From Octopus sinensis (Eukaryota), in NCBI RefSeq assembly GCF_006345805.1, contig NC_043004.1, positions 15,686,001 through 15,750,000 of the forward strand: 64,000 nucleotides of DNA, in the 5' to 3' direction. The notes under the pieces are model-generated. The model had not been told where the DNA came from and searched no databases. It saw only the letters and a program-made list of their open reading frames with translations. Within the stretch, counting starts at the first letter, position 1. Each line of letters begins with the position of its first letter. Below are positions 14,252 to 26,499 of the stretch, piece after piece. The position numbers were made by a program, and so were the translations under genes.

Positions 14252-14891
14252 TATAAGAAAATAGTAAGTGTGAAAAAACGACAGAAGGCTTAAATGTTAA
14301 AAAATATATATATTTGTGTCAAAATGTCTGGAAAATATTTGAAAAATTTTTTTTCCTTTCCTTAAATGACATAATTTTTAAAATTTTTAAAGAAATTACC
14401 GGTTTCGCGTGTAGCTTTTCAAATTTCTTGTGACGTTATGTTTATATTGCATGGAGTTATCGTTGTTTTTATTTCCAGGAGATTTCTAAATAAGGGGAGG
14501 TAGTGAGTGATTTCTTCCGGTGTAAGGGAGATAATCGCTTAAAAATTTTTTTTCCTTTTCCTTCCTTGTTAATTTCTCTGTGTCAGTATGTTCGGATGGT
14601 TGAGTCTGGGTTTGTACTTTTCAATGAAGAATGTTTCCTTGTTCAGTCTCATTTGTGTTGATGATCCGAAAGCACATTGGTAAAATGGGAAGATTAAAAA
14701 TTGTGGCAGTAGTTGCTTTGCGCATTTCTCAATGTGCTCACTAAAGGTATCATTCTATATTCTGGGAATGCAATCTGTTGTCGATGCAGTGTGCATCTAC
14801 GCCTGAGTGATAGTCCCGTGGAACCCACGTAGTCTTGGTGGCAGCCCGAGCATTAATAACATAAATTATGTTTTCAGAGGCACAAGTAAAG
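14252..14891. repeat. Left arm of ~640-bp inverted repeat (EN end plus 3' UTR)
   Basis: Reverse complement of 18188-18830, near-identical apart from scattered indels and substitutions. Confidence 0.95.
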
Positions 14892-17800
14892 TTAGATTTG
14901 ATCTTAAATTTCTGTCCCTCTTTAAAGAAGAATTCTGATCCTTCCAATAGGTTAGGACATGTTGCACAGTTCGATCTACCACATTTTTTACTTTTGCATC
15001 CGTAATTTTAGAAGACAATTTTGCCTTTGTGAGAATCTTTTTTAAGTGATTTAGGCTGTTTGTAGCTTTTAATGATTTGGTGTATGTTTAGAATTTCCTT
15101 TAATTTTGGGTTTTTATGAAGTATTGGTAAATTCTGGGTGATGATGGTGAAGGCTTCTTTGTTTCTGGGGTTGTATGTAGATATGTAAGGTAGTATTTTC
15201 GGGGAAGGTGTTGTTGTGTGTTGAACTTTCTTAAAGTTTCTATGTTGATTTCTGTTGCACGTCTGATCCCATCCTCTATGAGTTGAGCTGGGTAATGTCT
15301 GTCAATTAGGGTGTTTTTGAGTTCTTGCAGTCTAAAGTTCCTGGTATTTTGTTCTGACACTATTGTGCATATCCTTCTTGCAAGGTTGAAGGGGATGTTT
15401 GTTTTAGTGTGTCTTGGGTGGCATGAATTAAAAAGAAGGTATTGTTTGGCGTCTGTGGCTTTGTAAAAAATGTCTGTTTCTATTTTAAGGTTAATTTTTT
15501 AATTAGTATATCCAAGAACGGGAGCTCCTTTTGGTTGTATTCCATTGTGAACTGTATATTTGGGTTTATGCTGTTCAATAGGTTTTTAAATTTTAGGAGT
15601 TTATCTATGTTTTCATTCCAGAGAATGAAACAATCGTCTAGGAATCGTTTCCAATTCTCTTTTATGTATTGAGAGGGGAGTTTCCAAAGATTGATAGAGA
15701 TTCCTGGTAAATGATTATTTCCATGTATCCCATTGTTAAGTTCGCAATGACTGGTGCTGCCCTTGTACCCATAGCAATTCCGGATTTTTGACGGTAAAAT
15801 GTATTGTCAAACATGAAGTGGTTATTGTGTAGGATGAATTCAATTGATTTAGTAATGAATTCCTTACTGATCCTTTTTGGTATTTCTTCCGGAAATTGGT
15901 CTAACCAGAATTGTATTGCCTCCAGTCCATAATTATGAGGTATACTGGTATACAAGTTGACTACATCAAATGAAACCAGGATTGTTTCTTCCTTGGTTTT
16001 TTTTTGGAAGGTGGTTTAACATATCTAAGTCATCTCTGATATGGCTATCGATATGTTTAAGGAAGGGTTTCAAGGATGTCCATAAGTAGACTTAGTCTGT
16101 GTGTTTCACAGGTTGGGCCAGCTACAATGGGTCGTAGTTTTAGGTCCCCCGGATTAGGTGTGTGTGTATGTCTTTGGTGATTTTTTATGGTTTCATTTAT
16201 AATTTGACTTTTATGAATTTTTGGCAGACCATAGAAAAGGCTAGGTTTGCATTTAAAGTTTGTTAGGAAATCAATCTCAGTTGTCCTTTTCATGGGTTTT
16301 AATTAGTGAAGATAGAGTTTCATTATTTTTTGTGGGGTGTAGTTGGTAATTTTTTCATAATGTAGGTCTTCATCAAGCAAGGAAATTACAAGATTTCTGT
16401 AGTATGATGTATCCATTATTACAACTGCATTTCCCTTGTCCGCTTCCTTAATGGTTATATCTTCATCATTTTGGAGTTCTATCAGTTCTTTCCATTGTGT
16501 AGTGTTAAAATTTGGGTTAGCTTTCTGTTTATGTATAGTATGGTAGGGGAAGTTCTCAATGTGGTTACAGAATTCGTCAAGATCTTTATTTCTTCCTCTG
16601 TGTGGGATGTGTTCACTTTTGTTCTTGACTAGTGATTCATCTTCAGTATTGAAACTGTTTGATGCTTCTGCTAGTCTTAATTTTCTGCAAAATTCTGTTA
16701 TATTATCCTTGAGTTCATTTAGGTTTGCTCTGCGTGGAGTTGGTGTAAATTTGAGCCCTTTTGCGAGGATGTCAATTTTTATGTTAGAAAGAGGTTTGGT
16801 TGAAAGATTGATTATCTTCGGTTTTTCCTTATTACTAGGTTCCAGCCTGTGTCCTGGTGTCCCTGGTCCCTGGCTAAAAAATTTGGGTGTAATTTTGTTT
16901 GTATGAGTTGTCTGTGAGGTTGTGTGGTATTTGGTCGGGGGAGTGGTGGTATTGTTGCCTCCGATCGTGTGTGTGTGTGGGAATCTATGGTTGTTATGCT
17001 TGTGGTGTGTTAAAATTTCTGTATGGGAATATTTTTTGTTTCGAACTTCTTGTATGTGGGATGTTGCTTGACATAGTGTTTCTTTGCGTTTGTCTTGTGT
17101 TTATGGGGACCAGTAGTTTTGGTTCATGGGGTAGTAGTGATTTGTGTGTGGTGTATTTCTTATCCTAGTGTCGTATTGTGCTGTATGGTGGTTGGGTCTG
17201 GTATTAGGATGTTGTTGGTTTGTTCTGTTTTTGGTGTAATTTCTTTCATAGACGCGTCCTCTTTCAGCTAGTTCCCTGTTAGGTCTAGCGTGGTTTGTAA
17301 AGGTTGGTTGTGGGTGATTTCTGTTTTTAGTGTATGGAGGATAGTTGGGGGTTGTTCGTGGGTTGTTAGGTTTTTCTTTTTTATTTATTGTAATTTTCTT
17401 AAGGAAGGGATTATTTGTACCCAATTCATTTTTGAAGGTTTCACTATATTTTTTGGAAGAAGTCCATGTTTTTCTCCCAGCGTAGGAGAGAATTTCTCTC
17501 TTCTCTCTCACAGGAATCCTTCCAGTGATCCAATGTATTATCGAGGGGTTGTCCCTCGGTATGTTTTAGTATTAGATTGTGCATCTCCTCGTCTATGCTT
17601 TTTAAGTTTTTCTTCATTTGTGGAGGCCCTGAGTCTTAGAAGCTCTATTCTGATTTAAAATTGGAACAGAGCTGACTTTTCTCTAATAGATCTCTGTCCG
17701 TCAGGCTCGTTAGGATTAATTTTATCTGGAATTTGCGTGGGAGGATAATTGGTGTTGAGTTTATCCATCCCTCGTAGATATCTGCTGTTGGAATTTTTTT

Positions 17801-18170
17801 ATCATGTTCCAGAAGGTGAGTTTTCTGTTGTGCAGGTTTGTATTCCAAACGTTTCCTATTTTTCTTTTTGTTGGGTTGGTTTGGGTGCGTATGGTGTCCT
17901 GCTGTGTTTCATTAGGTGCCTGTGTATTATTTTCGGATTTGTTGATGAAAATTGAGTTCAGTGTTGTATATAACAGTTGTAGATCCTTACTCACCTGGTC
18001 AGTGTAGCGGGTTGCATCTTCATTGCTTTTACTTTCCCGGGCGAGTAAGTTTGATTCCTCGATTTTGTTGTTCAGGTTAAGAAGCTGTGAATTAATATTT
18101 TTCAGTTCTTTGAGTATGTCCTCATTTAGGTTTTGTCCGAGGTGTTTGACTTCTGTGGCATTTTCGTTCT
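14569..18170 (-). pseudogene. PLE polyprotein (long N-terminal domain, RT, GIY-YIG EN), frameshifted
   Basis: Motifs in order: IINLS..KGLKFTPTP, IKEADKGNAVVIMD, FYGLPKIHK, LRPIVAGPTCETHRLS, FDVVNLYTSIPH, YRQKSGIAMGTRAAPVIANL, WKRFLDDCF, CASENIIYVI...C..C...YVG, FFIEKYKPRLN. It is interrupted mainly by single-base indels. Confidence 0.92.
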
Positions 18171-18187
18171 CACTTTACTTTACTTTA

Positions 18188-18830
18188 CTTTACTTGTGCC
18201 TTGAAAAACATCATTTATGTTATTAAATGCTCGGGCTGCCACCAAGACTACGTGGGGTTCCACGGGACTATCACTCAGGCGTAGATGTCACACTGCATCG
18301 ACAACAGATTGGCATTCCCAGAATATAGAATGATACCTTTTAGTGAGCACATTGAGAAATGCGCAAAGCAACTACTACCACAATTTTTTAATCTTTCCAT
18401 TTTACCAATGTGCTTTCGGATCATCAACACAAATGAGACTGAACAAGGAACATTCTTCATTGAAAAGTACAAACCCAGACTCAACCATCCGAACATACTG
18501 ACACAGAGAAAATTAACAAGGAAAAGGGAAAAAAATTTTTTAAAAGCGATTATCTCCCTTACACCGGAAGAAATCACTCACTACCTCCCCTTATTTAGAA
18601 ATCTCCTGGAAATAAAAACAACGATAACTCCATGCAATATAAACATAACGTCACAAGAAATTTGAAAAGCTACACGCGAAACCGGTAATTTCTTAAAAAT
18701 TTTAAAATTATGTCATTTTAAGGAAAGGAAAAAAACTTTTTCCATATACTCCAGACATTTTGACACAAATATATATATTTTTTAACATTTAGCCTCTGTC
18801 GTTTTTTCACACTTTACTATTTTCTTATAT
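18188..18830. repeat. Right arm (inverted pseudo-LTR at 5' truncation point)
   Basis: Reverse complement of 14252-14891. A (CTTTA)n slippage repeat sits at the junction, 18173-18193. Confidence 0.95.
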
Positions 18831-18883
18831 ATTCACCCACGTGCTTTACCAAACAAACTTTCTTATCTATATAATATATATAT

Positions 18884-18964
<81 letters not shown>

Positions 18965-18969
18965 GTATG

Positions 18970-19002
<33 letters not shown>

Positions 19003-19090
19003 TATATATGTATATATATATGTATGTATATGTATGTATATGTATGTATATGTATATGTATATTATATATATATATATGTATATATATAT

Positions 19091-19910
19091 ACAGGGAGAA
19101 TACACAAACAAATAAAAGACGAAGACAGGTGGTGTAGACAACACACAGATGTATTAGTATAAGTGAAAAAGTCTTTAACGTTTCGAACCAACGCTCTTCC
19201 ACAGAAAGAAACACAAAGAAACAAGGAAAGAAAATATAGAATGTGTAGTGATCTATCATGGCGAATGCTGGACAGAGAGGAGATAATAAAGTAGTAGTGA
19301 TCCCAAAACGAATGTACGCGTCCGAGTGCATAAGAGAATTTCTATGAGCGTGTGGAGGAGGACTGGTGACCTTGATGTGTGAGTGTTCGTATAAGTAGGT
19401 GTGGAAATGTGGGGCTGGGAAGTGGTCAGTGCTGGTGTATACGTGGTGGTGTGTTGTGATGTGATGTATTGTGTCGTATGTTGGTGTATGGTGAAGTGGT
19501 GTGTTGTGTGGTGTGATGATGTTGGGAGGTGGGGAGGCGAGAGTGGGGAAAGCAAGGGTGGAGGTAGAGGTGGAGTATGTGGGAATGGGTATAAGGGATG
19601 GGATGTATAGGGAAGCTGCGGTTGGAATGTGTAGGGTAGGGGTGGGGCTACGATTGAGGGTTGACGATGAAAGGGGAAGGAGAAGGTGGATAGAAGTGAA
19701 GATAAGATTAGGTGTGAAGAAAAGTAGGAGTCGCAGCAAGATGGGTGAGAGAAGTGAGGGGAGGATGTTACATGTAGAGGGGAGGAGAGTTTAGCTCATG
19801 TGGCGCAAAAGAGCGAAGAGAGAAGATTAATCACTGTTCGCGGCTCCAACGGGTGTCCGGATGGCCCCCGTGCAAGGACAATCCGAACACGGACAAGTGT
19901 TGCAAAAAGT
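19091..19910 (-). mobile_element. Unclassified non-coding interspersed repeat with hammerhead-like motif (PLE-associated?)
   Basis: Its first ~100 bp are duplicated at 14131-14229 and a related segment lies at 55780-55890. It is bounded by (TA)n and purine-rich on the plus strand. Confidence 0.55.
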
Positions 19911-19935
19911 AATATATATATATATATATATATAT

Positions 19936-21076
19936 CGGGTTGGCTAGAAAGCAAATTTGTTTTTCGAAAATAAAGTTACGAATTTTTGAATGACGTTTGT
20001 CAACGTTATGATTTTTTCTTTTGACATTTGATAGCCGTTACTTTAGCTTACTTTTGAAGCAAATTGGGCGTAATTTTGTTTACAGCTGTTAGTTCAGTAT
20101 CATTTTTAATATGGAGTGGAAGAACGAAAATTTTCGCCATATTTTGCTTTTTTTATTTCTGTAAAGAAGGCAAGAAACTTGCTGAGATTCACAAAATGAT
20201 ATGTAGAATTTATGGTGTTACTTACTTAAGAGAACGGACACGTGAGAAATGGTTTTAAAAAAAGAATTCCGTTCTGGAGATTTTTCACATAATGGTGACC
20301 ATCGTTCTGGTCAACCTCCTGAAGTTTATATTGACCGAATCAGAGCCATAATCGAATCTGACATTCATATAACTATACGTGAGATTGAACAGAGGTTAAA
20401 TGTATCACGCACAATAACTCTTTAAGAACCACTCTTTGACTCCTTAAGAACCACAATATTTTTGAAACGAAGCATCACTGGTGATGAAAATTGTATTGTC
20501 TGCAATAATATCAAGCGAAAACGATCATGGTCCAAACGTAATGAACAGACCACATCGAAAGCTGCATCAAAAAATGGCCATGCTGTCAATTTCGCGGGAT
20601 TACAAAAGTGTTTTGTATTTTGAGCTGCTTCGAAGGAACTAAACGATGTATTCACATGTATGCTATCAACAAATAACGAAACTAGAGAAAGCAATAAAAG
20701 AAGAACGCCCAGAATTGGCAAATCGTAAAGGGACCGTGTTCCACCATGACAACGCTAGACCACACACGTCTTTAATAACTCGTGAAAAATTATTGGAGCA
20801 TGGTTGGGAAGTGATATCAAATGCACAGTATACTCCAAACTTGCACCATCAGATTTCCAATTATTTCGAACTTTGCAAAATACTTTGAATGGTTAAAACA
20901 TTCAGTAATGATGATGATCTGAAATCGCAATTGTTTCAGCTTATAAGTGATAAGGACGAGTGAGCGCAGAATTATGAAGTTGCCAGAAAGCTGGCAAACG
21001 GTCATCGACAAAAATGGAAAATATATAATTCTTTAAAGTTTATTCTTTGCATGAAAAAATTTACATCTTGGCAACC

Positions 21077-21080
<4 letters not shown>
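19936..21080 (+). mobile_element. mariner transposon, near full length, transposase decayed
   Basis: 5' cgggttggcta matches 3' ttggcaaccta (degenerate TIRs) within TA runs. Frameshifted ORF from 20111 reads FRHILLF, RSGQPPEV, ITGDEN, VFHHDNARPHTSLITREKLLEHGWEV, YTPNL. Confidence 0.9.
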
Positions 21081-21164
<84 letters not shown>

Positions 21165-21270
21165 TGCGTGTGTGTGTGTGTATGTGTGTGGATGTGTGTG
21201 TGTTAAATAATATGAGACAACAAACCCAGGGCAGTGTGAAATTTCTAGGACATTTATAAAGCGAAATTTA

Positions 21271-21318
21271 GTCTTACAGCTGTTTCAGGGATATGAAGGA
21301 TATCCCTTCTTCAGAGAC
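21271..21318 (-). ncRNA. Type I hammerhead ribozyme motif (canonical core)
   Basis: Minus strand gtct-CTGAAGA-AGGGATA(tccttca)TATCCCT-GAAA-CAGCTG-TA-agac: 4-bp stem I, 7-bp stem II, palindromic stem III, GUA cleavage triplet. Confidence 0.85.
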
Positions 21319-21467
21319 GATATGAGAGAGTTTAGTAGAGGGAAATCGTAGAGTCCTATATAAGAAGTTATTTTGGAATGGCAAATATATAGGAAGTATA
21401 AAGAGAAATAAGAGAATATATAAAAAAATATGTTTGATGTTACAGCTGCAGTTTCATTATCCAAGGA

Positions 21468-21905
21468 AAGTGCTGGGGATTTAGGTAGCTAGATGTTAGG
21501 GGAGATGTGGTCACAGAAATTCTCTGTCGGTCATGACTAGGTTCTCCTGCTTGTGTGAGATGGTGCAGAGTTCCGTTGCCATCCTCTTGACCCAGGGCAG
21601 TACTACTTCCTCCACGCACATGATGTAGGACTCCGTGTTGAGTCTAAGTCCGAGTGGGAATAGGAATGGGGACGTGGCGTAATCATCACTAGTGATCACT
21701 CCAAAAAACATTATGTTTGATTTTTATCACTCTTGGCACATGACCACTGATTGCATTGTCCTCAGTTTGCCGCCCAAAACCTCCGAAATGTTCGTATTGG
21801 TGATTGCTTGCTGAAGGATAAGCAGCAGTACAGCATGTCATTAATGGTGCTGTTTTTCACACAGAAGTTACCCAACTGAACCTACTGTACTGTGTAGTGG
21901 AAAAA
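21468..21905 (-). mobile_element. Tc1/mariner-superfamily transposase fragment
   Basis: MFFGVITSDDYATSPFLFPLGLRLNTESYIMCVEEVVLPWVKR, then frameshifted ENFCDHISPNI*LPKSP (WPPNSP-like). Confidence 0.75.
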
Positions 21906-22864
21906 AATCAAAAGCAAACAATGAACATGGGTGAAGTAGAAAAATATAAAATGGTGACAATCTACTCATCGTACATATATATATATATCTATATGTACAC
22001 ACACACGCACGCACACACACACACACACAACACACACACACACATCTATATAAGCCTATAGAAATAACATAGTTAAATCTTTATTTCATCAGAAGTTAAA
22101 TATATTTGACTTGTGTTTATCATGTCACTGTTGGAATATATAGAGAGAAATACTTTAAATCTGACTTTGTTTAAAATCTAAAGTTATTGATTCACGTTTC
22201 TACATAGCTTATATGCTGTCGGATTGTTAATAGGCCAACTTTGTCGAGATTTAAAAAATTTTGCAAGGCAATGTTATTTAATGTAATATCCGTATGTATT
22301 CCGGAAGAAACGTACTTCAATATAGTCTATTATATAAGAATGACAGATTCGTACATTTTCCATATTAGATTCCTGTCACATTGAATGTAATAGTTTATAT
22401 CATATATAACAATAATTTAGAAAGAAGCAAATATTTAAACATATCATAAAGAATAAATGCATATTTAACAAACTGTATATTAAAATCAAATGTCTTTTAT
22501 GAAACTTTTGCAACTGTAATATCTTGAAAATTAAATTGAAAAATAAAAATATCACTGCTAATCATCTACGAATATTTATATATATTACATGGCTTGATGG
22601 TGGCATATATAACTATGATTGTGAGCATGTGTAGTTCAAGCTGTTCTATTTAAATGTCAGACATCGTCATATTGCCGCCAGATTAACTAAAGTTTAAAAC
22701 AACAACCTGCCAATTATTAATGCCAGTAACGATATAAATAGAAAAGACGTATTTATCAAATACGATTTCTGTATTACAATTATAATCTGTTTGTTTGCAG
22801 TCCTTCCTCTCTAACTCATTCTGTACATATTTGTGTGTGTGTGGTAGGTGTATACATGCAAGTA

Positions 22865-22914
<50 letters not shown>

Positions 22915-24153
22915 CATGTATGCATGCACGTATGTATGTATGTATGTATGTATGTATGTATGTATGTATGTATGTATGTATGTATGTATGTGTGCGTGTG
23001 TCTGTGTATTTGTGTGAAGATAAATTTTGCATACTACCTGAGAATTTTTTCTGTAATGCAAAACGAATTAACGAGAATAAAAGCAATACGATTGTTTTTT
23101 GTTGACCGATTAATTAGGTAAAAGTCAATGACACAAAAATAATAATGTCTGACTACAACTGAATAAATATTCTACCTTCGCTACCGAGACACTACGCAGC
23201 ATATAATTTTTGCAAGTTAATTAGTCACCAGTGAGCAGGGAAGTCTGCATGGGTAGTTACATTATATTTCTACTTCACATTAAATTTCTACAGTAGCTTG
23301 CAACTTTAATTAATCTTTCACACGAAATATTTTTCATTTCTATTTAACACTCTCGCCAATTCGCTTGACATGTTAGGCTATTTTCAGTACCTCAGTGAAG
23401 TATTTATTCGCTTATGTATAATAACTGCTCATGTTCATTGCCTTAGCTTCAATTTTCCGTTATTCATTTTTTCTTAGTAAACCGCTTATGTTCGGTAGCA
23501 CGGCTATTTTCTTACACCATATACCGTTCTCTACCGCAGAAAACAGGCGAGTTATTTGGTGGGATGTGAGATTATACACATCAACCAGTGAAGACTAGAC
23601 TGAAGTAGTAAGATATGTTATTCATAACTAACTAAATTTTGTTTTAGTATATTGTTGAAACTTAGATAATATACCAACACCAAATTACCCTCATGATGGT
23701 ACTATTGAAGGTGATGATGATGATCATAAATATTATATAGTGTTGATAAAGATTTTGTTCAATGGATCGAACTGAGAGAGACTCGACTACGAAATTCACT
23801 TCCTTTCAAACACATTTACATTTCTGCGTGATGCATCACACACCATATATATATAATATATATATATATATATAATATATATATATGTATATATATATAG
23901 TATATATACTTTCTGCGTGATGCTTACGTTATACACTCGCACACACACATATATATATATATATATTATATATATATATATATATAATATATATATACAA
24001 TGATAATCTCAGAGCGAGTTATAAACGGTAGCGATAAAACATCGTGACGCATATTTGCCATTTGAATATGGCTAACCCCTAGGGTGGATGCTACTGTAGT
24101 TTGTAGCCCCTGGAAGTGTGTCTATAGCCAGCTGGAGGAGGTTCAGATATATA

Positions 24154-24195
<42 letters not shown>

Positions 24196-24781
24196 ATATA
24201 TATGTGTGTGTGTATATATGTATGTGTATATATAGGAGTGGCTGTGTGGTAAGCCGCCTCACTGACAGAAGGGTTCGCATTTCTTGTGCTGCTTGGAAGT
24301 CAGGTCTTGGGACGTGAAAATTGAACATTTGAAGCACAACTACAGGTAGGCGTTTGCTTTATTTTGGGAGAGCTTCGTGGAGTTTGTAATTAGTAATTTT
24401 TGTTCAGCAATAGACTCCACTCTGTTCCATACATTTGCCTGCCTGTGATTCTGCCAAAAGACTCACTTTGCAGTGAGAATAGTGTTTTGGGGAGGCGTAT
24501 TCCCTCCAGAAAATTTTTTGTCTGTTTTTGCGGTGTTCGTGCCCGTATATTTGGATTTACCATTCAGGCAAGGAGTGCGAGGACGGCGGAAAATTCAATT
24601 TTTGTACTGAGGATTACCTGAGTAGCAGAATTTTGTTGCCAGTTGAACTGCCTTCCTGCATTCCTTTTTTCACACGTCTGTCTTTCCGTTCTTTTTTTTT
24701 TTGTGTGTTATATTATTGATTTTTATTTGAACATTTTGGGACTTTTTTTGGAACATTTTATTTTTATTTTATTTTCTGGAA

Positions 24782-25880
24782 ATGGCAACAAAGAATACCG
24801 CTTTGGAGAGGGGAATTGTGGCCCCCAATGATTGGCTCAAAAATTATACTGAGAGATCGGTGTTGTTAAGGACCTACTCTAGGGTCCTTGAAGCCATCGC
24901 TGAGTTCTCTCAGTCTGACATTGAGGAAGAGTTGGCAAAGTACCTGCCAACTTTTCGATTTATTCGTAGGGGTGCAAAGTACGGAACTGTGCGTGTTCTT
25001 TTTTACACCCCTACTGAGGCACAAGTGTTTGCGTGCCAACCGGTGGAGGGGGAGAAGATTTTGTTTCTCCCCATATACGGTGGGCGAAAATTGACGAGAG
25101 CTTGTGTGTGTGGGCCGCCACGCCGAATTGAGCCCGAGTGGATAGAAGATACTATCTGCGGTCTGGGTGGCAGCGGAGCCAAGCTCTTGAATGTCAGAAT
25201 GCTTCCTGTGGCTGATTGGGTGGGGTCGAAAGCAATTTTGACCCTATGTACCCAATCAGCTAAAGATCTGGTTTTACCAGATGTTTTGACAATGGCCGGT
25301 TCCAGGTACCCGGTGATGGTTGAGGGACGCCCCCCCCAAGTGTTACTTGTGTCTGGAATCGGGTCATATCAAGAAAAACTGTCGCCAGGTCCAGGCAAAG
25401 GTCCTGGAGCAGTTAATTGAAGAGGTGTCCCCTATTCACCCAGTGGAGGAAAAAGTTGAGGAGGAGGTAACCTCCTCAAAAAGGGGGAAGGAGAGGAAAA
25501 AGGGGACAGCAATGGTTGCTCATCCATGGATCCTGAGATGGCGGGGGCGAGGGAGGTTTCTCCGAGATGCCAGAGGAACTCCACCTTCCCGTCTTAAGAG
25601 GAAAGAAGAAAACAAAAGGAAGAACGGGGCGTTGCCGTTGACGAAGTCCCCTAGGTGGGATGTGTGCCACCGTTAGGTGGGGGATATGACCTCGCCTGTC
25701 GGATGTGTGCCACCGAGTGAGGGATTTGAGACACCTCCTAGTGAACGTAGTGAGGAAAATATGTTCTGCTATCTCAAAGGAGTGGCTATCGACAGTTTTA
25801 TCAAGCGGAATGCATCTCGCTTGAGTATTTACTCGCAACGAAACATATGCAGACCGGACATTACATCCTCCATTCCTTAA
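24782..25880 (+). pseudogene. L1/Tx1-like ORF1 (gag-like, CCHC zinc knuckle), frameshifted; no ORF2
   Basis: A 212-aa ORF joins, across a C8 run at 25330-25337, to PVMVEGRPPKCYLCLESGHIKKNC (C-x2-C-x4-H-x4-C). A charged tail follows. No endonuclease or RT motifs are found downstream. Confidence 0.65.
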
Positions 25881-26107
25881 CTGTTGTATTCTTATTAGCA
25901 TACACAGCAAACCTGGTTGCCTACCATGAAATATAAAAGTTGTTTTTTTTTTTTTGCTTTTCAGCTTATCGTACATCGATAAAAAAAATTATCCACAACC
26001 ATTCGCCTCAATAAACCACTATTTTTCTTGAAATGTGTTTTTTTTTATATTTTACTAGGATTACTACTTGAATCTAATTATCTACCTACACCACGATCAT
26101 TGGATCT

Positions 26108-26150
<43 letters not shown>

Positions 26151-26168
26151 GTAATATGTATATTATAT

Positions 26169-26256
<88 letters not shown>

Positions 26257-26304
26257 GTATATATAATATATATTGTATTGTATATATATATATATGTATA
26301 TGTA

Positions 26305-26335
<31 letters not shown>
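26108..26335. repeat. Imperfect (TA)n microsatellite (representative of dozens in the window)
   Basis: Direct reading. Similar tracts lie at 13920-14130, 18870-19090, 21083-21200 (TA then TG), 53560-53830 and elsewhere. Confidence 0.98.
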
Positions 26336-26499
26336 ATTATAAAATGAGATAGGGGTTGAAAATTCAACCCACCATGGGATAATATATATCCAATATACTG
26401 CCAGATAGGTACCCAACAAGATATTACATAGATGTTAAAAATTGTCAAACAATCATTTCATCTATTGTATTATATGGGTAAAGGTAATAATATTACCGT

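Larger units (their letters stand above)
14252..18830 (-). mobile_element. Penelope-like retroelement, Neptune-type, 5'-truncated, with inverted pseudo-LTR
   Basis: Contains PLE RT and C-terminal GIY-YIG motifs plus a C-x4-C-x2-C linker (KCGRSNCATC). 14252-14891 is inverted at 18188-18830, and (TA)n lies at or near both ends. Confidence 0.92.

Noticed and set aside
18867-19739. Longest listed ORF (290 aa)
   Set aside because: It is a low-complexity translation of a CT/CA-rich repeat and TA microsatellite, with no domain.
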